From Elusimicrobiota bacterium (GTDB taxonomy: Bacteria > Elusimicrobiota > Elusimicrobia > UBA1565 > JACRDR01), in the NCBI GenBank assembly GCA_041694815.1, contig JBGFSC010000033.1, forward strand, positions 64,001-128,000: a stretch of 64,000 nucleotides of DNA. The letters run 5' to 3'. This document shows, piece by piece, positions 63,455-64,000 of this stretch. A model generated the notes under the pieces. The model worked only from the letters and a program-made list of their open reading frames with translations. It was not told where the DNA came from and did no database searches. The position numbers and the translations under genes were made by a program. Positions within the stretch are counted from its first letter, which is position 1, and every line of letters starts with the position of its first letter.

Positions 63455-64000
63455 CGTATGGATCGGTGGAGCCGGATAAGGGATTTCAAGGTGGGCAGGG
63501 CCTTTGCCCAAAAGTGGAGGGTATCGGAATTTCCCTCCGCCTGGCGGTGGCGGGTGGGCACCTCCACGTAGCTGTGGCCGGTGCGGAGCATGCGGAGCAG
63601 CAGCTCGGCGGGGAATACGTAGTCGTCGGTGATGAAGGTATTGGCCCGTATGAAATCGCGCACGAGCGCCGATCGGTAAACGGTGGCCCCGTGATAGTAA
63701 CGGAGGCTGAGATCGAAAAGGCGATTCATCAATACGACGTAGGCGCGCGAGACCGCGCGGCGGTAGAGGCCGCGGTAGCTTGGATTGGCGATATAGGTCA
63801 GGACGATGTCGGCCCTCTCGGTGGCCGCCAACATGTCCCGGAGCGTGCCCTCGAGCATCTCGTATCCGGCGCTCCAGAAGGTCAAATACTCCTTCGAGGC
63901 GTTCTCCATGCCGCGGCGGAGGCTGTAGCCGATGCCCTTGTTGCCCTGATTGTGGAGGACTCGGATGTTCGGGTTCTTCGCGGCCAGGCCATCCGCCACG
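63451..64000 (-). CDS. Family 2 glycosyltransferase (polyprenol-phosphate glycosyltransferase-like), 5'-truncated
   Basis: HN.GN.G.G.S...G...A..EY, EVP..H; the ORF runs off the window end. Confidence 0.75.
   Translation of the reverse strand, partial: VADGLAAKNPNIRVLHNQGNKGIGYSLRRGMENASKEYLTFWSAGYEMLEGTLRDMLAATERADIVLTYIANPSYRGLYRRAVSRAYVVLMNRLFDLSLRYYHGATVYRSALVRDFIRANTFITDDYVFPAELLLRMLRTGHSYVEVPTRHRQAEGNSDTLHFWAKALPTLKSLIRLHRSIR

Noticed and set aside
45046..63511. Long N-terminal extensions in track ORFs (45046, 46080, 55458, 55742, 56766, 58577, 59254, 63296, 63511)
   Set aside because: They overlap neighbouring genes; downstream starts give standard stop/start overlaps and family-typical N-termini.

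Overview
High-GC bacterial window with three parts. (1) Positions 1-36225 hold the 3' end of a giant, repetitive surface protein gene (more than 12,000 aa; the frame is open from base 1, so the start lies upstream). It is built from tens of Ig-like modules, contains a 1.8-kb apparently identical internal duplication, and ends in an FN3-like domain plus a T9SS-CTD/FlgD-Ig-like sorting domain. (2) Positions 36229-44071 hold a near-consensus sigma70 promoter and a GEMM-I riboswitch with A at the Vc2 G20-equivalent position, the signature of 3',3'-cGAMP sensing. These lead a tightly packed gene run: PorV-family barrel+TPR, a FliF-ring/TM/FliG/TPR fusion, a long coiled-coil protein, FlbD(SwrD), MotA, MotB and a lipoprotein. 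No flagellar export, rod, hook, filament or FliM/N genes are in the window, and the torque and ion-channel residues of FliG, MotA and MotB are atypical. I infer a repurposed flagellar-type ion-driven motor coupled to T9SS-like secretion or display of giant adhesins; this is the best candidate for an undescribed system. (3) Positions 44087-64000 hold iscS-like, mnmA and ddl, two GT-C-like membrane proteins and a surface-glycan cluster for an unusual sugar. The gene style suggests an Elusimicrobiota-like or other under-studied diderm lineage, but that is an impression only. All family calls come from motif recognition by eye; no database search was run.
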